A stretch of 63,324 bases of DNA, the filler included, from Octopus bimaculoides (Eukaryota), in assembly GCF_001194135.2 (NCBI RefSeq). It is 8 parts of 7 records of this genome, joined end to end, with 100 filler letters (N's around TTAATTAATTAA, not from the genome) between each part and the next. Parts side by side here need not be neighbours in the genome. Positions count along the whole stretch, not along the records: positions 44,841 to 54,681 come from NC_068991.1; positions 54,782 to 57,224 come from NC_068985.1; positions 57,325 to 60,813 come from NC_068998.1; positions 60,914 to 63,324 come from NC_068988.1; 4 more parts are not named here. One strand, 5' to 3'. Made by a program: the position numbers and the translations under genes. Within the stretch, counting starts at the first letter, position 1. Each line of letters begins with the position of its first letter. Below, in pieces: positions 51,905-63,324 of this stretch. The notes under the pieces are model-generated. The model was given only the letters and a program-made list of their open reading frames with translations, did not search any database and was not told where the DNA came from.

Positions 51905-52740
51905 CGTAGTTCAACTGAGGCAGTAATCTACCGTGGAACTTCGAACATTGCTCTGGTCTCTGAGAAAAGCTGTCGTGTCGTAGAGTTTCCTCGTTTGCCT
52001 GCTGGGGCCTTTTTTCCTTCTGTCTTGTTGACCACTGAATTTATAAGAATCGTGACAGCTAGAAGGACAGACATACTGCAACAGGGTTTGTACCTAAATA
52101 GGTCAGCTCCTGTCCATTTGAACTTCGCCTGACATGGCTTAGGTCGTAGGTCAAAGGGAGATGATCAATCACGCGCCTGTTGATCGTGGTGGTTTGGACG
52201 ACCGAGAATTCTTAGATTCGGTTTCGAATCTTGGCGTGGAGAAGGAAGTGTTAATTTTTACAAGCCTGTTGTCTCTAGTGTTTATATCGATGTGTGACAT
52301 ACACTTAGTCTCTAGTCTGATACGGGTAACTTTCCGGTAAACATTTATTATTACAAGTGTCTCCTTTTGAGTGGGTGATCTGCTTAAAGAACGGTTGATT
52401 TCCGAAGGCTTTGACGGTCAGGTTTTTCGGATCCAATATAAACATTAGTTCGGTGCCTGCCTGGCGTGAGTAAATTCACAAATGGCTACATTGTGAAATG
52501 GGCTAAATTTTTTTTTTTTTTTAAATATGTCGCTTAAACATGGTGTGAATTAATAAATGATGTATTTGGACCTTAGGTAGAGACCGTTCGGAAAGTATAT
52601 TGTGGTCTCCACCCAGTGCCGGGACAACCAGCAATAAGCTTGATACTTGATGCTCATTCTGAGAGGTATAAGTTGGGAGCACTAAGAATGCGTGTCCTGG
52701 GACCCCGAAGTGGGTTCAGGAGGAAACAACCGTTTATGAG
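51905..52740 (-). mobile_element. Possible L1/Tx1 AP-endonuclease remnant
   Basis: Only weak motifs (LVIINVY, DINTRDNRL); heavily decayed. Confidence 0.3.
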
Positions 52741-53457
52741 TGGTATTCTCTGTCTATTATTTTAAATTCATCGCACAGGGGGGAGGTGGTCTCCGTTTTT
52801 TCCCATACATGATCAGCTATACCCGATTTATCAACATCTCCTCGTGTCATAGCTTTGCAATGTTTCCTCTATCCTTATTTTGAGGGGGCGACATGTTTCG
52901 TCTTTGTATGACCTACCACAGCTGCATGGGATGGGGTACATGCAGTTTTTTGTCATATTCTCTTCTATTGGTGGTTTTACTCGAAGGAAATATTTGCGAA
53001 GTGTTGTATTACTCTTGAATACTGTGCTGATGTCATATGGGCCGCATATCTTTTGTATCTTTTCGGAGAGGCCTTTCACATAGGGTAGACAGACTGTAGA
53101 CAGTTTATTGGTTTTATTCTCTCTTCTCTTCATAACTGGAGTGGATAGTATGTTTTGGGGATAGTTGTTGTTGATTAGATTGTTATTTAGCTTGATCATT
53201 TCTTCGTGGTAGGTATCACGATCACTACTTATATTCTTTGTTCGATGTTTTAGGCACTGAGCGATTCCTCTCTTTACACTGTATGGATGGTGGGAATTGA
53301 AGTTGAGGTATCGACCAGTGAAGATTGGCTTGCGGTATATTTGGTGCGTCTTATTAATACGTCCAGGAATGCTAGCTGATTGTCTTTTTCTTTTTCTCTG
53401 TATGGATGGCTTTTTTGAGTTCACATGATCTAACAGTACTTGAACATCTTCCTGGTA

Positions 53458-53460
<3 letters not shown>
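52740..53460 (-). mobile_element. Penelope-like element (RT thumb + GIY-YIG), decayed
   Basis: IYRKPIFTGRYLNFNSHHPYSVKRGI, LPYVKGLSEKIQKI, MYPIPCSCGRSYKDETCRPL, KSGIADHVWE. Confidence 0.9.
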
Positions 53461-53502
<42 letters not shown>

Positions 53503-53504
<2 letters not shown>

Positions 53505-53690
53505 GCATCGGCAAAATACCTTAGGAATGAGAACCCACGTTCGAAATTTCCCCAAGACACCTGATGAAGGCTGGAGGGTACATCAGCCGAAATGTTGTGT
53601 TAACAGCAAACAAGATGAGGACAAATATCCGTCAATTGTAAATAATGTAAATAATGTACACAATTCCTCATCTCTCAAATACAGAACTGT
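53503..53690 (+). mobile_element. Penelope-like terminal repeat (pLTR) fragment, opposite to the adjacent ORF
   Basis: Contains a hammerhead-type core; separated from the PLE ORF by (TAA)n. Confidence 0.6.
53556..53601 (+). ncRNA. Minimal type I hammerhead ribozyme (PLE-associated), one core substitution
   Basis: Stem I (g)acac/gtgt(t); CTGATGA; extra A; stem II ggctg/cagcc; GAAA; tGT-T where the canonical dimeric form has cGT-H. Confidence 0.65.
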
Positions 53691-53819
53691 AAATTTTATC
53701 GTGTTGTTATATCTACAAGGAAGAAATAAATTTCGTGATTCTTCTGTCTACGAAAGTTTTTTTTCATTGCAACATTCGTAACCGGTCGGTATCATTTGCA
53801 TTTCATATCCTTCTCCCTT

Positions 53820-54190
53820 ACACCAACGCGTATATCGGACGAAGATAGGACAAGGCTGGTTGACGCCTTCGAAGGGCATCAGCCCAATTACCTGAAACTG
53901 GCAAACACACTTGGCACTAAAAGAAGTACAGCCCGATCCATAGTAGCGACTTAACTACGGTCTGGGAGGCGCCACAAGTTGCCCAGAGGAGATGCCCACC
54001 ACGTTGAGGTTGATGAGGAAATGCGAGCCAAGCTTCAGGTGATTACTGATACCAACCCACTCGCAACTCTTCAACAGATGACGAGAGACTTAGAGGCAGC
54101 ATTGCCCGGAAAGCACCCCGTTTCCCTGTCTGCAATCTCACGGGCTCTAGATGGGATGTTGATTTAACTATGAAGTTGGACGAAGACATC
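53820..54190 (+). mobile_element. IS630/Tc1-like transposase N-terminal (HTH) fragment
   Basis: RISDEDRTRLVDAF...LANTLGTKRSTARSIV...PRG...VDEEMRAKL...NPLATLQQM...VSLSAISRAL. Confidence 0.7.
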
Positions 54191-54231
54191 GCAGATGCAA
54201 GGAACACCGCATGATATATATATATATTTAC

Positions 54232-54628
54232 TCTTTTACTTGTTTCAGTCATTTGACTGTGGCCATGCTGGAGCACCGCCTTTTAGTCGAGCAAATCGAC
54301 CCCGAGACTTATTCTTTGTAAGCCTAGTACTTATTCTATCGGTCTCTTTTGCCGAACCGCTAAGTTACGGGGACGTAAACACACCAGCATCGGTTGTCAA
54401 GCGATGTTGGGGAGAACAAGCACAGACACACAAACACACACACACATATATATATATACATATACACGACGGGCTTTCAGTTTCCGTCTACCAAATCCAT
54501 TCACAAGACTTTGGTCGGCCCGAGGCTATAATAGAAGACACTTACCCAAGGTACCACGCAGTGGGACTGCACCCGGAACCATGTAGTTGGTAAGCAAGCT
54601 ACTTACCACACAGCCACTCCTGCGCCTA
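54232..54628 (-). mobile_element. SINE family A, full length
   Basis: Near-consensus reverse complement from ataggcgcaggagtggctgtgtgg to the aaaagagt tail. Confidence 0.92.
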
Positions 54629-54781
54629 TTGTTTGGCAAATATATATATTTGTTTTGCGTGTGTTTTTATTGGCTAAACTGNNNNNNNNNNNNNNNNNNN
54701 NNNNNNNNNNNNNNNNNNNNNNNNNTTAATTAATTAANNNNNNNNNNNNNNNNNNNNNNNNNNNNNNNNNNNNNNNNNNNN

Positions 54782-54823
<42 letters not shown>

Positions 54824-55250
54824 ATAATAATAATAATAATTATTATTATTATTATTATCATCATCATCATCGTTACACTGTCATCATGATTATCTATTTT
54901 ACCATTATTATCAATGCCTTTAATAAAAAAAAACAAGCATATGAACAAATATATAAAAAATATTAAATTATTGTTGTTGAGATTGTTGTTATTGTTATTA
55001 TTTTGTGTCTATAATAGAAAGGATTATCATTATTATTATTATTACTACTACTACTACTACTACAACCACCACCACCATCATCATCATCATCATTATCATC
55101 ATCATCATTATCATCATCATCATCATCATCCTCTCCATCGTTGTCGTTATTAGTAGTATGGAGGGGGATCTTCTGGTTGTCTCCACAATCTTTCTTCTTC
55201 TTTTGAATGGGATGATAGTTGTGGTGGTGGTGGTGACGGTGGTGGGTAAG
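54782..55250. repeat. Compound trinucleotide microsatellite (ATT, CAT, TAC, CAC)
   Basis: Directly visible. Confidence 0.9.
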
Positions 55251-56989
55251 ATCTTATAATTGTGTTTCATTAGTGTTTGGGTATTTCCAATAATACCTCC
55301 ATTGATTAGTTTATTTGTTTGTTTATTTTTCTCTGAGTTTTTTTTTTTTTTGGTTTTTCACTGAAAACTACATTGTGTTTTTTCATTCATTTTTTAAAAA
55401 TATTTTTCAATATTTTTTGTTTACTTTTTTTGCGTTTTTTTTTTTCTTCTAAATGTTGAACTTAAGATATATGTTTTAAAATTATTTTGTTTAATCATTA
55501 ACTCCTTTAAAATATGACTGCCAGGGTGGCGCATGAGTATGTGAGAGAAAGAAAGCACAGGTGTGTGTGAATGCACATATATGTATGTGTGTGTGTGTGT
55601 GTGTGCATGCTTGTAAGTGTGCGTGTGTCTGGGTGGGCACTCTTGTTGCTCTGATTGAGGATCTTGTTGTTATTCTCAATGTTGTTGTTGTTGTTATACT
55701 TCTTATTCTCTTCTCTATTACAGGTTTCTTTTCTTATTCCACATCGTCTGCCAAACATTCTTTTCTTCTTTTTCTTCATTCTCACCTCCTCCTCTCCTTT
55801 TCCTCTTCTTCTCCTTTCTTCTTCCACATGCTTCTTCTCCTCCTCCTCCTCTTCCTATTTTCATTGGGGATTTTTCCTACTCTTATTGTTGTTGTTGTTG
55901 CTGCTATTGTTACAGCTATAATTGTTTCTTCTTCTTGCTGCAGTGATTGTCAGCTACCCAATAAGACCATCCCTACACTATCACTTAATCTGCTAGAAAT
56001 AGCAGTCAAACCTCCTTCAAACTTCGCATACCCTACCATCTTAAATAACAAAACATTCAGTGGTCTATGTCCCACCTGACATAAAAAAAGCTTAGATGGT
56101 CATGCCTGGAACACCTTTGATCAGAAGCTTGTTAATAAAGGTTAACCTGGACCTAAAGAATAATAACAAGGACAAACTACTGATAGCCTAAAATAATAAA
56201 ATTAATTGAGTTAGGTAAAGCTGAAACAAGCTTGACTGGATGATTATCTTGCCAACAACTTGCAGTAGTTTCTGAACAACATTTGCCACATGAGTCTTAC
56301 AGATATAAAAGGGCCTATGCTGCACAGGAACAGAATACCTTCAAACTGACCAAACTATTACATGAATAAAACAAGAATCCTAAAAATTAGTGTTGTTAAT
56401 ACTTTTAATACACATAATGTCTTTTGAAATGTTTCACTTATGTAATAACAAAGTATGAATAGGTAAGACTGTTCATTTCTACAGCAGAGTAAATTTCTAG
56501 CCTTACTGTTGCCCCTGGCGATTAATTTCACCTGATGCATAGTCTAACACAATTCAAGTATCTCAATACATCTGAGTCTGCATACCATTAATGTTGTTTC
56601 GGTATTTTTCTGTTTCTTTCACATTTTGGTTTGAAAGTGACATGCCAGCTTGTAGACATGTTCATGATGATGCAGCAATAATAAACTGGAAATGGGTTAT
56701 TGTTACCTTCTCTTTTAGATGGCAATTAGTAATCTGGTTGAGCTCGTTCAGATTTGCTGAACTTGATCACACTACCCACCATGATACCACATAGCAGAAT
56801 AACATCCAGTGTCCTCACAAAGTTGGTTGATAAAGATTTTTTTGTTTTCTTTTTTACCTGGACAGTTCACTCATATATATTTCCATGTCAAGATCTTCTT
56901 AGGAATGTATCACTAATGAGTTATTGCTTAGACCTCCAGCAATATTCTGCAAAATTCATGTATTTCTCTCTCATTTATACATATACATA

Positions 56990-57224
56990 TCATCATCATC
57001 ATCATCATCATCGTTTAACGTCCGCTTTCCATGCTAGCATGGGTTGGACGATTTGACTGAGGACTGGTGAAACTGGATGGCAACACCAGGCTCCAGTCTA
57101 ATTTGGCAGAGTTTCTACAGCTGGATGCCCTTCCTAACGCCAACCACTCAGAGAGTGTAGTGGGTGCTTTTACGTGTCACCCGCACGAAAACGGCCACGC
57201 TCGAAATGGTGTCTTTTATGTGCC
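56990..57224 (-). mobile_element. SINE/LINE 3' end with (GAT)n tail (RTE-type tail)
   Basis: (cat)n cgtttaacgtccgctttccatgctagcatgggttggacg...ggatgcccttcctaacgccaacc. Confidence 0.7.
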
Positions 57225-57324
57225 NNNNNNNNNNNNNNNNNNNNNNNNNNNNNNNNNNNNNNNNNNNNTTAATTAATTAANNNNNNNNNNNNNNNNNNNN
57301 NNNNNNNNNNNNNNNNNNNNNNNN

Positions 57325-57356
<32 letters not shown>

Positions 57357-57979
57357 AAAGGTGGTGTATTCATGTCTTTGAGTATTGGTCATCGCACTCT
57401 GCAACCGCAACGACGAGGGTGGCAGCAAATAAACCACCACCAACAACAACAGCAATAACAACAGCAGCAGCAAGTACTAACATGTCATTCTGTCGCTGAC
57501 ATAAGCGATTAGTAAAGAGAATCGTATTTAAAAAAAAAGAAAAGAATATGCGCAGAAAGAATAAAATACGAAGTAGAAATTGCTTAAAAAGAGGTGGAAT
57601 GGATTTTTAATTTGCATATCGATGAAGATGGAAGTAAGAAGATGGAGCAGTGATATAAGGAGTATGGGGATTGGGGGGGCGATGTGAGGATTATTTGGGA
57701 GTCGATTGTAGAGTGTGTGTTAGAGTGATGTTAAATCTAGAGTTAAAACCCAATGGCTGGTAAACAATTAGGGTAGTTAAAGAGAGGCGTGGTAGCGTGC
57801 AATGGAGGAAAATTTGTTGGAAAAAAATGGCGGGTGGAAGACGAACCGGAAACGGAAGTCTCGATGTATAATAGAAATAACGTTAAGGTAATTTAGAAGA
57901 AATACTACCGATCTTAAATTCCTACTTTTTCTCGTTTTTCTTCTTTCTTTGTTCGTTTCTCTTTCTTTTTGTCTGTTGC

Positions 57980-58001
57980 CCTCTTTCGCTTTCTCTCTCC
58001 C

Positions 58002-58048
<47 letters not shown>

Positions 58049-58154
58049 CTCTCTCTCTCTTGCTCTCTCTCTCACTCATTCTCTCTCTTTCTCTCTCTGA
58101 CCGTATATTTGAGTGTGCGTGCGCATCTACGTTTGTGTGTGTGTGTGTACGTGA

Positions 58155-58194
<40 letters not shown>

Positions 58195-58261
58195 CCATAT
58201 AAACAGATATATATGTGTGTGTATGTATGTGTATGCTTGTATGTGTATGCGTATATATGTG

Positions 58262-58292
<31 letters not shown>

Positions 58293-58623
58293 ATGTGTGC
58301 GTATAAATATATATATATGCAGACACACACGTATATACATAGATACATACGCATTCAGATAAATACACACACATACACACTCTACCACACACAAACACAT
58401 ACGCACGCATTCAGATACATGCGCACATACGTATACACATGTGTATGTATCATGTAATATATACACATATACAAACAAAAATGGATAAATGAACGAATAT
58501 ACTGTAGGGGGTTAAGTAGATCTATTAGTCCCCTACTGTTTTATCGTCTATCTATTCTAAGTGTGTGTATGTCTATGTATGATATATATACGAGTATATA
58601 TGTATGTATATATATATATATAT
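57980..58623. repeat. Compound (CT)n/(TA)n/(TG)n/(CA)n low-complexity block
   Basis: Directly visible. Similar blocks lie at 1-30, 13330-13640, 14390-14505, 29650-29800, 33330-33510, 45090-45520 and 55550-55920. Confidence 0.9.
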
Positions 58624-59629
58624 NNNNNNNNNNNNNNNNNNNNNNNNNNNNNNNNNNNNNNNNNNNNNNNNNNNNNNNNNNNNNNNNNNNNNNNNNNNNN
58701 NNNNNNNNNNNNNNNNNNNNNNNNNNNNNNNNNNNNNNNNNNNNNNNNNNNNNNNNNNNNNNNNNNNNNNNNNNNNNNNNNNNNNNNNNNNNNNNNNNNN
58801 NNNNNNNNNNNNNNNNNNNNNNNNNNNNNNNNNNNNNNNNNNNNNNNNNNNNNNNNNNNNNNNNNNNNNNNNNNNNNNNNNNNNNNNNNNNNNNNNNNNN
58901 NNNNNNNNNNNNNNNNNNNNNNNNNNNNNNNNNNNNNNNNNNNNNNNNNNNNNNNNNNNNNNNNNNNNNNNNNNNNNNNNNNNNNNNNNNNNNNNNNNNN
59001 NNNNNNNNNNNNNNNNNNNNNNNNNNNNNNNNNNNNNNNNNNNNNNNNNNNNNNNNNNNNNNNNNNNNNNNNNNNNNNNNNNNNNNNNNNNNNNNNNNNN
59101 NNNNNNNNNNNNNNNNNNNNNNNNNNNNNNNNNNNNNNNNNNNNNNNNNNNNNNNNNNNNNNNNNNNNNNNNNNNNNNNNNNNNNNNNNNNNNNNNNNNN
59201 NNNNNNNNNNNNNNNNNNNNNNNNNNNNNNNNNNNNNNNNNNNNNNNNNNNNNNNNNNNNNNNNNNNNNNNNNNNNNNNNNNNNNNNNNNNNNNNNNNNN
59301 NNNNNNNNNNNNNNNNNNNNNNNNNNNNNNNNNNNNNNNNNNNNNNNNNNNNNNNNNNNNNNNNNNNNNNNNNNNNNNNNNNNNNNNNNNNNNNNNNNNN
59401 NNNNNNNNNNNNNNNNNNNNNNNNNNNNNNNNNNNNNNNNNNNNNNNNNNNNNNNNNNNNNNNNNNNCTGTATACGCAAATTAAATCTAGCCATGGAGGA
59501 ATGTAGTGGCGGACAAAAAACAAGACAGGAAAACAAACAGAAAAGGCTTTACGGCCAGACGAGAAAAATTATGTGTGTATGAACGCGATGAGGCACGGAA
59601 CCGAGAGAGACAAAATATATATATATATA

Positions 59630-59910
59630 TATATGTCCTAACCTGCTCAGGTTGTGATCACAATTATGTGGGCCAAACGAGCCTCACTTTGAGACGCAGA
59701 GTCACGCTACATAAAGAACAAATTCGTTTCCCTCAATACAGGCAGATAGCACTGAGCGGGTATATCGACAAATGCGCAAGTAATAAAACGCCGAATTTTC
59801 CTATCTTCCCATTATACCAGTGCAAAGATTCAATCTCAGTACAAGAACGCCTAAACAAGGAAAACCTGTTCATACAAAAGTACAGACCACAGCTCAATAT
59901 ACAAATTTGA
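59630..59910 (+). mobile_element. Penelope-like GIY-YIG endonuclease C-terminal fragment
   Basis: IYVLTCSGCDHNYVGQTSLTLRRRVTLHKEQIR...RLNKENLFIQKYRPQLN. Confidence 0.8.
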
Positions 59911-60782
59911 CCATTTAAAAAATTATACTAAGGAGCAAATTGTCCCCCTTGCCACCTGTTGCTTCCCTTGGTTCAATCTCTAGACTCATTCTTCATATTC
60001 TTCGAACATCCAAAATGATGAAACCCCTCTGTCACGAGAATTGATTATTGTACAATATCCCTTAAATAGCGAAAACCGGTTGGATTTAACGACATCTATA
60101 TAATATGTATATATTTATAAAAAGATAGTAAACTATTTGAAACGAAGGCATTTCTCTTCGAATTTTTTTTTCCACATAATTCTGTGTGCCTGTGTGTCTG
60201 CGTGCCTACGAAGAGATGTACTGTGAATATGACAGCATCGTTTTTCTTACTTCTGAGAAGCAAAGCCAGCGTTACGCCCGGTCGTTATGTGACGATGCGT
60301 AACATTGTGGTTAGGACATGATGCTGATGACGGTAAGCTCACGCGGCTGATTCCCCGACTTGGTAGTTTTTTGTGTCCTTCACGTTGCTCCTGACTTCTT
60401 TCAGTCGAAAGACGGACAGAATGCCGCTACGTATTTTTCCCGAGGTGCCAACGATTCTGTTGTTGTTGTTGTTGTTATTGTCCTTGCTGCAGATTTCATT
60501 GAAGCTTGTTCTGAATAATGTCACTGAAGGATAGGATGTTGAAAGACGACATTCAGTATATGGAGAAAAATATCTTCATCTGTTCGTTGTCAGCGCTGAT
60601 AGAGATATCACGTGACAGGTTATAAAATAGCTCTTTGTGACTTGGAAATATTTTACACATTTCTCAAGTTGGTGCCTGGGGTCATTTACAAAACTTGGTA
60701 CTGTGAGAAAGAGAGTGAGTGGGTAAGTGAGTGAGTGAGAGAGAGAGAATGTGTTCGTTTGCACACACACATACATACACAA

Positions 60783-60813
<31 letters not shown>

Positions 60814-60934
60814 NNNNNNNNNNNNNNNNNNNNNNNNNNNNNNNNNNNNNNNNNNNNTTAATTAATTAANNNNNNNNNNNNNNNNNNNNNNNNNNNNNNN
60901 NNNNNNNNNNNNNATATATATATAATTAAATTAA

Positions 60935-61335
60935 ACAATAGGGTAAAGAATCTGGAATCTGGAAGTGGTACAAAGCTCTCATCAGTAATTCGTGTCGCAC
61001 TGATCCATATGCATTAGCTAGGTCAAGCCATACCACGTTCAAACTTCTCTTGTTCTGTTTGGCATCCTGGATCACTTTCCAAATCGAAAAACAGTACTCA
61101 ACACATCCAAGGATCCCAGGGATTCCGGCCTTTGAACAGATTCATCAACATATCCATTACTCTGTAAATATGTCACTATTTTCCTCGAAAGAATTCCCAT
61201 AAAGATCTTGCCTTCCATATTCAATAATGATATCGGCCTAAACTGGTTTATAGTCTCTGCATTGGCCTCATTCGGCAGGTATATGCCTTCTGCCTTACAC
61301 AAATCCTCTACTAGAGTCTCTTCGCACAACAGCTG
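60935..61335 (-). mobile_element. Hero/R2-superclade RT fragment
   Basis: AEGIYLPNEANAETINQFRPISLLNMEGKIF...YVDESVQ...VIQDAKQNKRSLNVVWLDLANAYGSVRHEL. Confidence 0.85.
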
Positions 61336-62831
61336 TTGCAGTAGGACAAAGAGATTCTTCGCAGGTTTTCAGTAGGACATTCCACCAATCCTTCTTTTTG
61401 TTATGAATGGCTATGGCTTCCACCATACTGTGGGTTCTTATTTCTTGGTCCTCAGGACTATCTTTCTGTACGTATGTATGTATGTATGTGTGTATGTACG
61501 TATGTATGTATGTATGTATGTATGTTTTAATCAATACTTAAAATTCGAAGAGGTTTTCGTCATGTACCTTCAAAGAGTGTTTGCTGGGACAAATTCTTTC
61601 GGGAAACTGTACACACGAGATGAAACCATCTAAGATAATTTTTATTTAAACAAATTTCGCTTAATTAGTTTTTTTTTTTTGTGGATTAACTAATTATCAT
61701 ATGGCATATTACATTGATTATTTTAATTACATATCGGAATATTAAAAATAGTTATTTAAAATTCTTCTACTAACATAAAACTTTCTATGGTAATATTGCT
61801 TATTGTAAGATAACATTGTCTACTGTCTCCAACGAAATATGTCAATATATTTTCATACTTGCGATTATTTGTCAGATAGACAAATAAAGTTGCATTACTC
61901 TAATTTTAATGGCCTTTAAATTAGCTTAATCAGATGTAAGCCGGAATATTTTTCTCTTCTTTCAATGACTTACAATAAATCAACAACAAGAGGATCAGAG
62001 CTCATTACAGGTTGCAGTTTATTAGAAGAAGAGCTTTCAGCTGTTAAATATTGCAATAACTTGTAAATTAATCAACATTGTTTAGCTTAAGAAAAATAAA
62101 ACAGTAATTTATCAAATTAATTTAAATGTCATTTACTTGGAGTGAAAGATGCAGGTCAGTTACATCTACAATGGAAAATAATGAAAAAAATATTAGTTTC
62201 CATTCAAGACTGTTTCAAGTCGTATTTCCACAGGAGACGGTATAATCTTAATTAGCAACTATAATAACACTATAAAACCAAGACGCCTCTAATTGGAGAA
62301 AGTAGTTTTTCGTAATTCCTGATTCGTATAGGCAATTGACATTAACACAGGTTTCTGTGAAAAATTACTCTATTAAGGAGACGTTGTTAGATGCGGGAAC
62401 AAATGAGAATTTAAGAAACAACTCAGGAAGCATTTGTTAAGTTGTATTGGAAAAGACGAATCCTATTTAATGTGATCGAACGTTTTCTTCACTCACGTGT
62501 TCTCTATAACCTCAAATTCTTTTGAAGACACGCGGTCACATATTCTACAGTGTAAAGTATTGTCGGTTCTTTGGAGGAAAATACAGTTTTAATGTCTTTA
62601 AAAAATCTCGGTAGTTCAAAGCAGCTTTGATAGTGATTGATTTCGTCAGATGTTCAATTTCCATTTGTTGATATAGGGTAGCCATAAATGAAAGCAATAG
62701 TCCCGATATTTGAACTCAACAACAAGAAAATATATTTTACAGTAACATTATGATAACTCAGACTGACTCTTTTGAATATTCCAATGCATATTTATTTCAT
62801 TTAGTGACATTAGTTTTGTTTTAAATGTGCT

Positions 62832-62885
<54 letters not shown>

Positions 62886-63324
62886 CATGGTTTCTGTACA
62901 TGTTACCTTAGTGTCGTGCACTAATACAGTATGATATATTGTACCATGGAACGGGGTAGACACCAACTGCCTCCACTTGATGTATTTTCAAATACTCTGC
63001 CAACAACTGTAACCAATCCAAAACAGCTCTCAACAAACCATAACAACTTCTCAACAATTACCACCAACTCCACGAACTCACGAACGACATCTTTCAACTT
63101 CCTGCGATCTCTCATCTTTCGCTCTCAGTCAAACACGATGCTACTTATACGAGTTCGGCTAGTCCATTTTTACAGGGGGTGTCGTTTTTCATTTTGTCCA
63201 CGTTTTTTGTGACGTCCTGTAACCAGATATGCATCTATATATACATGTAGATGTAGGTTTGTACATACATGTACGTATATATGCATATACTCACATATTA
63301 TTTGTATTATATATATATATATAT

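Noticed and set aside
56340-56960. Possible exons (good acceptor ttctcttttag at 56718)
   Set aside because: All frames close within about 45 codons and no domain is recognisable.
59985-60085. Second hammerhead-like sequence after the GIY-YIG fragment (aatgatga...cgaaaaccggtt)
   Set aside because: The core CUGAUGA is mutated and there is no convincing stem II.

Overview
AT-rich, repeat-saturated eukaryotic DNA with many assembly gaps. It is most likely an octopus genome; this is inferred from the SINE families and microsatellite load, not verified. No intact host protein-coding gene can be supported. Contents: (1) a nest of decayed R4/Dong-like non-LTR retrotransposons in (TAA)n tracts (about 3.2-12.6 kb); (2) a cluster of nine tRNA-Gln genes and pseudogenes (20.1-40.4 kb, both TTG and CTG anticodons), several embedded in a tandemly amplified 1.6-2 kb cassette that also carries telomere-like (CCCTAA)n. 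Eight of the nine share an 18-nt upstream motif ending 17 nt before the tRNA; (3) fragments of RTE (some with C-terminal C2H2 fingers), CRE, Hero/R2-like, CR1/L2-like, L1/Tx1-like and Penelope-like retroelements, one with a minimal hammerhead ribozyme; (4) Helitron, piggyBac and Tc1/mariner remnants and MITEs; (5) many copies of two tRNA-type SINE families, and microsatellites. All family assignments come from motif recognition by eye, without database searches.
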